A stretch of 64,000 nt of DNA, from assembly GCA_015056545.1 (NCBI GenBank), contig SVGE01000001.1, forward strand, positions 9,129 to 73,128, given 5' to 3'. The stretch comes from Clostridiales bacterium. GTDB lineage: Bacteria; Bacillota; Clostridia; TANB77; SIG350. The notes beneath the pieces were generated by a model. The model was not told where the DNA came from, ran no database searches, and saw only the letters and a program-made list of their open reading frames with translations. Each line of letters opens with the position of its first letter. Position 1 is the stretch's first letter. The position numbers and the translations under genes are program-made. Below, piece after piece: positions 1 through 10,179 of the stretch.

Positions 1-71
1 AATATTGCTATTTTGAGTTATTTAATATATTATTTTTTTGAAAAAAGTATAGAACTAAGAGGTGAGATAGT

Positions 72-2105
72 ATGAAAAGAAAAAGTATATATTTTTTCTC
101 TATAATATTATTATTAATATCTAGTATTGTATGTATTGCTAGTTCAGTAACATATTACAAAGGTGAGGTAATATTATTAGAAAAAGGAGAAAATATTGAA
201 ATTTTATCTAATGAAATATTAATTGATACAACTAATTCAAATATATCTAATGAAATATTATTAAAAAACATTGGAAATGATAAGGTTAAAACAAAGGTCA
301 ATATACAATTAGAAGATAATGTTTTATCTACAAAGATACATAATTTAATAATTAAAACAAATGAAAATATAATTCAATATGAAAAAAATGAAAATGGAAT
401 ATATTCATTTGATATAGAAATACCTAAAAATGAGGGTAAAAAAATAGAAATAAATTATGTAACAGATAATGATTTAGCAGATGCAAAAGTAATAAAATAT
501 AGTTTAGATAATCTGCAATTAGGAGATAAAAAAATTGGTAAGGTAAAGGTAGATATAAAACTTAATGAAATTGATATACCTTTAACAAAAGCCATTTACC
601 CAGGTCATTATACAGTAGATTTTGAAACCAATACTGTAACAGTAGAGTATTATAATTTTAAAATTAATAATTTAACAAAAGATATTATTCTTGAAAAAGA
701 TACATTAAAAGATTTATTAAAAAATTCAGAGCAGCTAGAAATAGTTGACAAAAATATAACTAGTAATATTGAGTATTGGATGAAAAACGGTATTGAAGTG
801 GATTATAAAAACATTGAATACATTAACTCTAGTTTAATATATGAACAATTATTTAAACCAAAAGATTATAAAGAAAAGTATTGGAATGTAAATACACCAT
901 ATAATGAATTATTTAATTTTTATCTTAACAAACAATTAATAAAGGATGGAAAACAAGAGTATGTTGAAGATTCATACTACTATAATGAAGATATTAGACC
1001 AGTATATTATTTATATACAAAAGAACTTGTAAAAAAATATGCATTAGATGAAACAAATTCATATTTTACAGATATGTATGGAAAAAATATTTGTATAGCT
1101 TATGATGTTTTACCATTACAAGAAGAATTGTATATTTATAAAAATCATACAATGGAAGTGTATAATGAAGAATATGACGAATATTACTGTGATTATTATG
1201 TTGAAATAGAAAATAAGAGTCAAGAAGAGATTTTAAGAACAAAAGAATATACAAATGAATTATATCCTTATTCAGGAGAAAAACGTATTTTTGTTGGAAT
1301 AGATATAAATGGTAATTTTATAGATTGCACTCTTGAAGAAAAAATAGAGTATGTAAATATGATTAATGCAGATATGTTTATTATACAAAGATTGTATAAT
1401 GAAGATTTAGGTGAAGCAAATTTATATACAAACAATTTAGAGGATGGAACTCAAATTCAAATGAAATATTATAATCCACCATATGTAGGATATTATGTTG
1501 AAGAAAACGAAGAAATGGTAAGAGCATTCTATGCTATTCATTATGATATTATTTCTAAAGAAGAATTTTTAGATAGAGAATGGCTTGTAGAGGAATATAT
1601 AACATATGAAAATTATGTCGAGCAAGAAACTAATGAAAGGGAAGAATCATATAGAAATTCTGTAAAAAGAATTGATGATTCAAATTTAAGTTTAGCGCAA
1701 ATACCAACTTTCATATTATATAGGGGATATATATATGAAAATGAAGGGAAAAAATTTGTTAATTTTCAATTACCATATAATTCATATGGTACTGGAATAT
1801 CTACTACAAATCAGGTGTTAGAGACTAAAAGAGCACAAGAATTAATAAAGTCAAATAGAGAAAATAATAAAAATATAAAAAAAGAAATAGAAAATGAAAT
1901 AGCAAGTATAATCTTAACACAAGATAAAGTATATAAAAATAATACAGAAATTCATGAAAATAATGAGAATAACAATAATTTGCAACATTATATATTTTTA
2001 TCTGTAATTACTTTAGGAATTATAATATGTATAGTTATTTTAATTGTAAAAGGTATAAGAAGTACAAAAAATAAAGGAGGAAATAATAATGGAGAAGAAA
2101 AATAA
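72..2105 (+). CDS. Large secreted or surface-anchored hypothetical protein (677 aa) with an N-terminal signal/TM segment and a C-terminal TM anchor; rich in Asn, Tyr and Glu
   Basis: Long ORF with good RBS (agaggtga); hydrophobic N-terminus and a C-terminal hydrophobic stretch followed by basic residues; no recognisable catalytic motif. Confidence 0.5.
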   Translation: MKRKSIYFFSIILLLISSIVCIASSVTYYKGEVILLEKGENIEILSNEILIDTTNSNISNEILLKNIGNDKVKTKVNIQLEDNVLSTKIHNLIIKTNENIIQYEKNENGIYSFDIEIPKNEGKKIEINYVTDNDLADAKVIKYSLDNLQLGDKKIGKVKVDIKLNEIDIPLTKAIYPGHYTVDFETNTVTVEYYNFKINNLTKDIILEKDTLKDLLKNSEQLEIVDKNITSNIEYWMKNGIEVDYKNIEYINSSLIYEQLFKPKDYKEKYWNVNTPYNELFNFYLNKQLIKDGKQEYVEDSYYYNEDIRPVYYLYTKELVKKYALDETNSYFTDMYGKNICIAYDVLPLQEELYIYKNHTMEVYNEEYDEYYCDYYVEIENKSQEEILRTKEYTNELYPYSGEKRIFVGIDINGNFIDCTLEEKIEYVNMINADMFIIQRLYNEDLGEANLYTNNLEDGTQIQMKYYNPPYVGYYVEENEEMVRAFYAIHYDIISKEEFLDREWLVEEYITYENYVEQETNEREESYRNSVKRIDDSNLSLAQIPTFILYRGYIYENEGKKFVNFQLPYNSYGTGISTTNQVLETKRAQELIKSNRENNKNIKKEIENEIASIILTQDKVYKNNTEIHENNENNNNLQHYIFLSVITLGIIICIVILIVKGIRSTKNKGGNNNGEEK

Positions 2106-3066
2106 AATGAATTTATCTACTAAGATAGTAATTTGTATATTAGTTATTTTAATAATTATGGGTGGAGTATATATAGGATTTTTTATGAATAAAGAGAATA
2201 ATAAGATTGTAAATCCTTCAAATGATCCTTCAAATGTAGTTAATAATGAAGAAGGAAAAGGTATAAAACTTGATTTTACAAAAGAAACATATCCAAAAAT
2301 TGATGGTGCTACAGCAATGAGACCAATGTCAGTTGAAATTGCAAAATCAGTTTTAAATATGACAGATTTAGAGGCAGAAGAATTTATTATTCATAATACA
2401 ACAGCAAAAGCATATGAAAATTTAATAAATAAAACAGCTGATTTAATATTTGTATCTGAGCCTTCTGATGGTATTTTAAATGATGCAAAACAAGCTGGTG
2501 TTGAATTTGAAATGGTTGGTATAGGTAGAGATGGATTTGTCTTTATAATAAATCAAGAAAATCCTGTTGAATCTTTAACTATTGAGCAAATACAAAATAT
2601 ATATACTGGTAAAATAACTAATTGGAGAGAAGTTGGTGGTGTGGATGCTAAAATACTAGCTTATCAAAGAGAGCCTAATTCAGGAAGCCAAAACTTAATG
2701 GAAAAAATGGTTATGAAGGATTTAGAATTTGTAGAAGCTCCAACTGAATTAGTTATCGAAAGTATGGCAGGTTTAGTAGATAGAGTTGCTTCATATAATA
2801 ATAGTAAAAACTCAATTGGGTATTCAATTTATCTTTATGCAAAAGAACAATATGTTAAAGATAATATAAAATTTTTATCAATAAATGGTGTATATCCAAC
2901 AGATGATACAATAGCAGATGGAACATATCCACTTTCAAAAATTGTATATGCTATATATAGAAAAGATGAACCACAAGATAGCAATGTTCGTAAATTAGTA
3001 GAGTGGTTAAAAACTGAAGAAGGTCAAAAAACTGTTATTGCAGGAGGATATACAGGAATAAAATAA
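2089..3066 (+). CDS. PstS-like phosphate-binding protein (periplasmic binding protein superfamily), membrane-anchored, orphan (no pstCAB nearby)
   Basis: N-terminal TM segment; fold-typical motifs (DGATAMRP, REPNSGSQ); start overlaps the upstream gene's end. Confidence 0.5.
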   Translation: MEKKNKMNLSTKIVICILVILIIMGGVYIGFFMNKENNKIVNPSNDPSNVVNNEEGKGIKLDFTKETYPKIDGATAMRPMSVEIAKSVLNMTDLEAEEFIIHNTTAKAYENLINKTADLIFVSEPSDGILNDAKQAGVEFEMVGIGRDGFVFIINQENPVESLTIEQIQNIYTGKITNWREVGGVDAKILAYQREPNSGSQNLMEKMVMKDLEFVEAPTELVIESMAGLVDRVASYNNSKNSIGYSIYLYAKEQYVKDNIKFLSINGVYPTDDTIADGTYPLSKIVYAIYRKDEPQDSNVRKLVEWLKTEEGQKTVIAGGYTGIK

Positions 3067-3179
3067 AATATATAAAACTATTGTATAACTAAAAAGATTA
3101 ATATATAATATTAATGAAACAAAAGAAAATCTACCAGATGGTAGATTTTTTATATAATATTATTAAAATAGGGAGAATT

Positions 3180-5033
3180 ATGAATATATTAAATAAGATA
3201 AATAAATCAGAAGATATTAAGAAACTAAATAATAAAGAAAAAGGAATATTGGCAAAAGAAATAAGAGAATTAATTTTGGATGTTGTTTCCAAAAATGGTG
3301 GTCATTTAGCTTCTAATTTAGGTGTTGTAGAATTAACTATTGCTCTTCATTCTGTTTTTAATTTTCCACAAGATAAAATTGTATGGGATGTAGGTCATCA
3401 ATCATATGTACATAAAATATTAACAGGAAGAAAAGATAGAATATATACAATAAGAAAAATAAATGGATTATCTGGTTTTCCAAAAACAAATGAATCAGAA
3501 TATGATGTTTTTAATACTGGGCATAGTTCAACTTCAATATCTGCATCATTAGGTATTGCTAGAGCAAATAAACTTATGGGAAACTTAAATCATACAATAG
3601 CAGTAATAGGTGATGGTGCACTAACAGGTGGTATGGCATTGGAAGCATTAAATGATGCTGGAAACAGCAATGCTAATATAACAGTTATATTAAATGATAA
3701 TGAAATGAGTATATCTAAAAATATAGGTGGAATGAATAATTTACTAAATCTTTTAAGAACAAGAAAGTTATATACAAAATCTAATTATGTAATTAAAAAC
3801 TTGTTAAGTAAAATACCTATAATTGGACCAAGATTAGTTGTATTTTTTAGAAGAGTTAAAAGAATGTTTAAACAATTATTACTTAATACTATGTATTTTG
3901 AAGATATAGGATTTACATATTTAGGACCTGTTGATGGTCATGATATTAAAAAACTAGAAAATATATTAAAAGAAAGTAAAAATATATCTGGCCCTGTTTT
4001 AATTCATGTTAAGACAGTAAAAGGAAAAGGATATGAATTTGCAGAAAAATATCCAGATAAATTTCATAGTATTTCACCATTTAATATTGAGACAGGCGAG
4101 AAGAAACAAAATTGGGGAAAAGACTATTCAAAAGTTTTTGGTGATACATTAACTCACTTAGCAGATAAAAATGAAAAAATAGTGGCAATAACCGCTTCTA
4201 TGTGCCAAGGTACAGGATTATATGAGTTTTCAAAAAAATATCCAGAACGTTTTTTTGATATTGGAATAGCAGAGCAACATGCATTAACACTTGCTTCAGG
4301 TATGGCTTCACAAGGCTATATTCCTGTTGTTCCAATATATTCTTCTTTTTTGCAAAGAGGATTCGACCAAGTTATTCATGATATCTGTATGAATAATATT
4401 CCTGTTATTATTGGAATAGATAGAGCTGGGTTAGTTGGTAATGATGGAGAAACACATCAAGGTATTTTTGACTTGTCTTTTTTAAATCTTATACCAAATT
4501 TAAATATATTGTCACCTAAAAATTTTAAAGAGTTAGAATTAATGCTCGAATTTGCAACAAAATTAAATAAGCCTATTGCAATAAGATATCCTAGAGGAAA
4601 AGAAAAATCTTTATTTAATAAAAATGATGAAATTGAGTTAGGAAAAGCAGAAATAATTCAAGAAGGAAAAGATGTATGTATTTTTGCTATCGGAAAAATG
4701 GTAGAAAAAGCATATGAAGTAGCCCAAATTTTAAATAAAGAAAATATACAAACAGAAGTTATTAATATGAGATTTTTAAAACCAATTGATGAAGATATTA
4801 TTTTGAAAAATAAAGACAAATTATTAGTTACAATTGAAGATAACACTTTAAAAGGAGGACTTTATACAGAAGTAATAAATGTTTTAAATAAAAATAATAT
4901 TTTAAAAAAAGTATATGGTTTTGGATATAATGATAAATTTATTGAACATGGAACAATTGATGAATTAGAGAAAAAATATGGTTTAGATAGTGAAAATATA
5001 TCTAGAACAATTAAAAAATGGATTTTAAATTAA
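3180..5033 (+). CDS. dxs: 1-deoxy-D-xylulose-5-phosphate synthase
   Basis: Motifs GHLASNLGVVELTIALH and DVGHQSYVHKILTGR, plus TPP-binding and transketolase C-terminal domains; start moved to the internal ATG (MNILNK) preceded by agggag. Confidence 0.9.
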   Translation: MNILNKINKSEDIKKLNNKEKGILAKEIRELILDVVSKNGGHLASNLGVVELTIALHSVFNFPQDKIVWDVGHQSYVHKILTGRKDRIYTIRKINGLSGFPKTNESEYDVFNTGHSSTSISASLGIARANKLMGNLNHTIAVIGDGALTGGMALEALNDAGNSNANITVILNDNEMSISKNIGGMNNLLNLLRTRKLYTKSNYVIKNLLSKIPIIGPRLVVFFRRVKRMFKQLLLNTMYFEDIGFTYLGPVDGHDIKKLENILKESKNISGPVLIHVKTVKGKGYEFAEKYPDKFHSISPFNIETGEKKQNWGKDYSKVFGDTLTHLADKNEKIVAITASMCQGTGLYEFSKKYPERFFDIGIAEQHALTLASGMASQGYIPVVPIYSSFLQRGFDQVIHDICMNNIPVIIGIDRAGLVGNDGETHQGIFDLSFLNLIPNLNILSPKNFKELELMLEFATKLNKPIAIRYPRGKEKSLFNKNDEIELGKAEIIQEGKDVCIFAIGKMVEKAYEVAQILNKENIQTEVINMRFLKPIDEDIILKNKDKLLVTIEDNTLKGGLYTEVINVLNKNNILKKVYGFGYNDKFIEHGTIDELEKKYGLDSENISRTIKKWILN

Positions 5034-5122
5034 TTGTTTATTACATAATGATTAAATTTTTATGAAAAAGTTGAAATATTATTTTAGAAATAATAAAATA
5101 TAGATATAAATATTATTCTTTT

Positions 5123-6670
5123 TTGGAGGAATATATGAATAAAAAATATTTTTTTTTAGTTTCAATACTTATATATATTATATTTTTTTCAAATTTATCT
5201 TTAGCTACTGATTATGATAATCATTGGGCATCAATAACCATAAATAACTTAATAGATAAAGGAATTATTCAAGGTGATGGATATGGTAATATAAATCCTG
5301 ATAATGATTTAACTAGAGCTGAATTTGTAAAAATGATAAATAAAGTAATGAATTATTCTGAATTAACAGGGAAACAATTTAAAGATGTATATGATAATGA
5401 ATGGTATGCAAAAGAATTTCTTATTGCAAAAAATATTGGATATATTCAAGGTGATGAAAACGGAAATGTTAATCCTAATAATAATATAACTAGAGCGGAA
5501 GCATCTGTAGTTTTATCGAGAGTTTTACTTATTACAAGTGATAATAAGTTATTATTTGAAGATGAAAATGAAATACCTAAGTGGGCATATGAATCAATTT
5601 CTGGTTTAGTAGAAGAAAAAATATTAAAGGGATATACTGATAATACATTTGGAGCAAATAATAATATAACCAGAGCTGAAGGTATGACATTAATTTCAAG
5701 AATTATTGAATTTAAAGAAAAAAACGATAAATATATTGTTGTAAAAACGAAAGATTTCTATGATAATAATATTATTTTTAGTGTTAGAAAAGAAAAAGAT
5801 AAATACATTCTTGAAAATGAAAATATAAAAATTTATGCAATAGATTTGAATAATAATAATGAATTTGATTACCAATTTAATAATAAACAATATCTTTATT
5901 CTTTAGATAATTTGTGGGATAGCAAACTAAATATTGGGGAAAATATATATCAAGATAGACTAGCCAAGATGGCTGTAACAACATATTATAATGCAATAAG
6001 AATAGATAATTTTTATAAAAATATTTTGAAAGATAATAACAATAATAAGTATAATATTTGTTTAATTATAAATAATGATAATTATAGTAATATAACAAGT
6101 ACATATACTGAGCATAATACAATTTTATTAGGCAATTATTCTGAGTCAAATAATTGTATGGGGATACTAATGGATGTATTAGGACATGAAATGACACATA
6201 TAGTAGGAGAAAATATACATTCTCTTAAATATTCAGGAGAGTCTGGTACATTAGAAGAAGCATATTCAGATATATTGGCAGAATTAATTGAAATGTATTA
6301 TCAAGAAAATGTTGATACTAAATGGGTTATTGGAAATAAAAAAGACTATGTAATTAGATCATTTGAAGATCCTAATTCTTTTTATGATCCTTGTATAGTA
6401 AATGATAAATATTATAATGATAAATTTTTGGATCCGCATTTGAATATGACTATATTAACACATGTGGCGTATTTAATGTACAATAATGGAATTAATGATG
6501 AAATTAAGTTAGCGAAATTATGGTATAATTCTATGTATTATTTAAAACCAACATCTGGATTTGAAGAATGTAGAAATGCTATTTTAGAAGCGGCAAAAGA
6601 TATGAACATGACCCAAAATGAAATTTATATAATTGAAAATTCATTTGATACTGTTGGAATTACAGATTAG
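5123..6670 (+). CDS. S-layer-homology (SLH) domain protein with a C-terminal thermolysin-like (M4-type) zinc metallopeptidase motif
   Basis: Signal peptide, then three SLH-like repeats (…GYGNINPDNDLTRAEFVKMINKV, …GNVNPNNNITRAEASVVLSRV, …NNNITRAEGMTLISRI). C-terminal HEMTH (HExxH) with a downstream EEAYSD, matching thermolysin HELTH…NEAISD. Confidence 0.6.
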   Translation: MEEYMNKKYFFLVSILIYIIFFSNLSLATDYDNHWASITINNLIDKGIIQGDGYGNINPDNDLTRAEFVKMINKVMNYSELTGKQFKDVYDNEWYAKEFLIAKNIGYIQGDENGNVNPNNNITRAEASVVLSRVLLITSDNKLLFEDENEIPKWAYESISGLVEEKILKGYTDNTFGANNNITRAEGMTLISRIIEFKEKNDKYIVVKTKDFYDNNIIFSVRKEKDKYILENENIKIYAIDLNNNNEFDYQFNNKQYLYSLDNLWDSKLNIGENIYQDRLAKMAVTTYYNAIRIDNFYKNILKDNNNNKYNICLIINNDNYSNITSTYTEHNTILLGNYSESNNCMGILMDVLGHEMTHIVGENIHSLKYSGESGTLEEAYSDILAELIEMYYQENVDTKWVIGNKKDYVIRSFEDPNSFYDPCIVNDKYYNDKFLDPHLNMTILTHVAYLMYNNGINDEIKLAKLWYNSMYYLKPTSGFEECRNAILEAAKDMNMTQNEIYIIENSFDTVGITD

Positions 6671-6677
6671 TAATATA

Positions 6678-6712
6678 AAAGCATATCACTAAATAAGGTG
6701 ATATGCTTTTTA
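6678..6712. terminator. Bidirectional rho-independent terminator (aaagcatatcac / gtgatatgcttt)
   Basis: 12-bp perfect stem with an 8-nt loop, flanked by A and T runs; lies between convergent genes. Confidence 0.6.
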
Positions 6713-6715
6713 AAA

Positions 6716-7582
6716 TTATATTAAGACTCTGTCACTTATATATATATTAAATTCTATAATGTCTAAGTCTTTTAAATCTTCTTCCTCTAAATCAAAAAAC
6801 TTAAACCAATCACTACTGTCTTTTTCATCTTCAAATACAATTGCATTAATTTGATTTAGAACTGGTTTTCTTTGTTTATTACATAATACTGCAACATATT
6901 CAGTTTCTGTTGAACCTAGCCGGTAAGCTAATTTTTTATCTTTACAATAATTTTCAATATATTCAAGATCTCCAGCTTTTTCTTCAAGAAATGCGTTGCA
7001 TATGACATATGTTCCTTCTGGATACATTGAATTAAAAATCTCAATAAAAAATTCACCGATGTTGTTTATAATACTATTTGAAGTTACCTCTTTAGCAATA
7101 CTATAAAATATTATTCCAAATATGAAACGTATTGAAACAATAAATAAAATAGATTACAGGAAGTTTATTTTAGGTAAATTTAATACAAATATGTTTGGTA
7201 TTGCGTAATTCCATAATATAATAAAAGGAATAGAGGCAAACAGATAAAGAAATATTTTCAATATAATATTTAACCATAAATTATATTTTAGATATCTTAA
7301 AGTATTATATCTTCTTTCATTATCTTTTAATATATCTATATGGAAAAAACAAAATGTTGAAAATATAGATAATGTAGCTAAAGAAGAAGATAAAATATCT
7401 ATTTTTGCAATTCCTAAAACTGGTGCAATGCCGAGATTCCATAATGCAAAAAATATTAAACCTAAAACACCTGCAACGAATATAACATACATAAATATCA
7501 AAGAGATTAATCCATATAACATTCCATAAATTTCGTGTATGTTTTCTTTTATTAATTTAAATTTCATTATATAACCCTCCAA
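6716..7582 (-). pseudogene. Polytopic membrane protein gene interrupted by a single in-frame TAA (142-aa N-terminal ORF plus 42 open codons plus 103-aa C-terminal ORF, all in one frame)
   Basis: ORFs 7154..7582 and 6716..7027 share one frame (126 nt between them, no stop apart from the TAA at 7154-7156). The 103-aa ORF has no plausible RBS. The open spacer encodes another hydrophobic segment. Confidence 0.45.
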
Positions 7583-7746
7583 TAAAAAATTTTTATAGAA
7601 TTAAAAAATATATATAAATGTTTTTGTATTATATCACAAGAATACTTAATTTTAAAGTAAATATGCCTATTTTATTGATTTTTATGTGTTTATGTTATAT
7701 AATCCAATCATAAAATAATATTTATATATAGGAGGACATAGTTATT

Positions 7747-8142
7747 ATGGAACGGAGATTAAAAGTTACATTTACACTTGCTATTATTGCAACATTAGCA
7801 TTATTAGCGTTAAATTGGTGGTTTATTAAAATTAATCCAATAAGTACAATTATTTTATCTATAGTTGGACTTATGATGTTTTCAATCATATTTTTAGGTA
7901 TTGCGACTATTAGAGATAAAGAAATGGATAAACCTAAAAAGAAATTTGCTCTTTTTATGATTGCAGATGGAATTGATGGTATTGTTTTAATAAATACTTT
8001 TATGATAGTTATGGCAAAGAATCATGGTATTTTAAAAATTGAACTACATCCAATAGTTCCAATGATCGCAATGTGTTCATTTATTGGCTTTATCATAATA
8101 ACCTTTATTGGAATTAGAATTTCTAAAAAATATAATATATGA
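7747..8142 (+). CDS. Small integral membrane protein (4 TM)
   Basis: RBS aggagg; hydrophobic throughout; translationally coupled (ATGA) to the next gene. Confidence 0.4.
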   Translation: MERRLKVTFTLAIIATLALLALNWWFIKINPISTIILSIVGLMMFSIIFLGIATIRDKEMDKPKKKFALFMIADGIDGIVLINTFMIVMAKNHGILKIELHPIVPMIAMCSFIGFIIITFIGIRISKKYNI

Positions 8143-8474
8143 GGAGAGAAGGTATTATGTTTTCAAAAGGTGTAAAAGAGAGATTTTTATTATACAAAAA
8201 ACTTGTATTAATATTAACAGCAATTATATTATTGCTTAGTATAGGTTTAATATTAACAATTGCATTCATGCAAAATAGTGCAGGCAGATTTTATTTAATT
8301 TCTGTAGAAGGTATCTTTATATATGTTTGTGTGATTGGAATATACGGTCTATTATCAGAAACAGTAGCTAAAAAGATTGAATCTAAAGAACAAAGAGCAC
8401 ATCTTTCAAAAGAAGAATATGAACGTTTTCTAAAGCAAGCCAAAGAAAATGATAAATTTGCAAAAGGTGAATAA
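8139..8474 (+). CDS. Small membrane protein with a charged C-terminal tail
   Basis: Start overlaps the upstream stop; two TM helices followed by a Lys/Glu-rich tail. Confidence 0.4.
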   Translation: MRREGIMFSKGVKERFLLYKKLVLILTAIILLLSIGLILTIAFMQNSAGRFYLISVEGIFIYVCVIGIYGLLSETVAKKIESKEQRAHLSKEEYERFLKQAKENDKFAKGE

Positions 8475-8492
8475 GAGGAGGATATAGCTATT

Positions 8493-8780
8493 ATGGATTC
8501 AAGAGAAATCAAGCAAATGGAAGATATGGGATTTAATGTCCTTGATATTTCAAGAAGCGGAAGTATTAATTATCAGACTAAACAGGATGAAAGCTGGAAA
8601 TACTGCAATTCATGTCAATTCCTAAAGTTAGTACCAGATCCTGATCCATGTGATAGTTTTGGTGTTTGTGATAAAAAAGCTTTATGTGGCAAATGGAATG
8701 ACAGATTAATTGCAAGAGGATTAAATGTTTTTCAGCAAGCAAGAATTCTTGTTCCAGCATTTTGTCCAACAAGAGATTAA
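8493..8780 (+). CDS. Small Cys-rich cytoplasmic protein (6 Cys), unknown function
   Basis: Strong RBS gaggagga; cysteines fall in two CxxC-like clusters. Confidence 0.35.
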   Translation: MDSREIKQMEDMGFNVLDISRSGSINYQTKQDESWKYCNSCQFLKLVPDPDPCDSFGVCDKKALCGKWNDRLIARGLNVFQQARILVPAFCPTRD

Positions 8781-8931
8781 TTTTTATTAAAGGAGTTAGT
8801 TTTATACTAATTCCTTTAATTATTTTTCTTTTAAAATAATCATATAAAATTATTATTTTATCTTTATTTTTCTTGATAAATATAATATAATCTATTTGTA
8901 AAAATAAGTTGAAAAAGAAGGGAAGAATATA

Positions 8932-10164
8932 ATGAATAAAATTGAATTATTAGCACCAGCAGGAAGTTTAGAAAAGGCAAAAATAGCTTTTTTATATGGT
9001 GCAGATGCAATATATGCAGGGACATCTAAATTATCACTTAGAACAAGAGCTGAAATGGGAAGTGATGATTTAAAAGATACAATTGAATATGCACATAGTA
9101 TTGGTAAAAAAGCATATGTTGCAATGAATATATATGCAAGAGATGAAGAATATGATGAAATAATTGAACAAACTAAAATATTAAAAGAATTAAAGCCAGA
9201 TGCAATAATAATTGCTGATGGTGGTATTGTAGATATAGTAAAAAAATATGCACCAGAAATACCAATACATATTAGTACACAAGCTAATATTGTAAGTAGC
9301 CACAGTGCTAACTTTTGGAGAAAAAATGGAGCAAGTAGAGTAATTCTTGCACGTGAATTACATAAATCACATATTAAATCAATTATAGATAATACACCAG
9401 AAGATTTTGAAACAGAAATATTTGTACATGGTGCGATATGTTTTGGATATTCAGGAAGATGTTATTTAAGTAATTATTTAGCAAATAGAAGTTCAAATTT
9501 GGGTGATTGTGCACAAAGTTGTAGATGGGAATATAATGTATATGTTGAGGAAAATAAAAAGCCAGGTGCTTTAATGCCTGTGGAATATGATGAGAAAGGT
9601 ACATATATTTTTTCATCAAAAGATTTATGTCTAATGAATGAATTACCAGAAATAATTGATATGGGTGTAGCTAGTTTAAAAATTGAAGGTAGATTAAAAA
9701 CTACTTATTATTTAGCAACAGTTATTAATGCATATAGACATGCTATTGATGCATATTATGAAAATCCAGAAAATTGGAATGCAAAGCCATATTTTAATGA
9801 ATTATTAAAAACAAAAACAAGAGGAATTACAACATTTTATTTTAATGATAAAGATAATCAGGATATACAAGATTATTCAGGTGTTCAAAAAAATATAGAA
9901 TGGGAACATGGTGCTGTTGTAATTAATACTGATGAAAAAGGAATAACTACATTGGAAATAAAAAATAGACTTCAATTAGGAGATTTATTAGAAATTATAC
10001 TTCCAAATAAAATTAAGCCTCATGAATATATTATAGATAATATGTATGATTATGAAACTAATGAAAAAATTGAATTTGTAAACCCAGGTGTTCAAGGACA
10101 AAAAGTAAAAATTAGATTACCAATTGAAGTTGAAGAAGGATACATTATTAGACGAAAAAGATAG
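8932..10164 (+). CDS. Peptidase U32 family protein (collagenase-like / tRNA hydroxylation-associated)
   Basis: N-terminal ELLAPAGSLEKAKIAFLYGADAIY; length and C-terminal domain typical of the U32 family. Confidence 0.85.
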   Translation: MNKIELLAPAGSLEKAKIAFLYGADAIYAGTSKLSLRTRAEMGSDDLKDTIEYAHSIGKKAYVAMNIYARDEEYDEIIEQTKILKELKPDAIIIADGGIVDIVKKYAPEIPIHISTQANIVSSHSANFWRKNGASRVILARELHKSHIKSIIDNTPEDFETEIFVHGAICFGYSGRCYLSNYLANRSSNLGDCAQSCRWEYNVYVEENKKPGALMPVEYDEKGTYIFSSKDLCLMNELPEIIDMGVASLKIEGRLKTTYYLATVINAYRHAIDAYYENPENWNAKPYFNELLKTKTRGITTFYFNDKDNQDIQDYSGVQKNIEWEHGAVVINTDEKGITTLEIKNRLQLGDLLEIILPNKIKPHEYIIDNMYDYETNEKIEFVNPGVQGQKVKIRLPIEVEEGYIIRRKR

Positions 10165-10179
10165 AAACGAGGGATAAAT

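Noticed and set aside
4658-4846. Short antisense ORFs nested inside well-supported genes (e.g. 1066-1254, 4658-4846, 5696-5890, 9383-9619, 15570-15842, 27540-28121, 40271-40642, 41822-42184, 44644-45261, 48760-49239, 55470-55661, 59981-60292, 63144-63605)
   Set aside because: They lie fully inside the opposite strand of strongly motif-supported genes; AT-rich low-complexity translations; no RBS. Typical artefacts of six-frame translation in AT-rich DNA
8139-8780. ORFs 8139-8474 and 8493-8780 are in the same frame, separated by one stop (like the 6716-7582 case)
   Set aside because: Here a strong RBS (gaggagga) sits between the stop and the second ATG, and the two products differ in character (membrane versus Cys-rich soluble). 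So they are two genes, not a nonsense pseudogene
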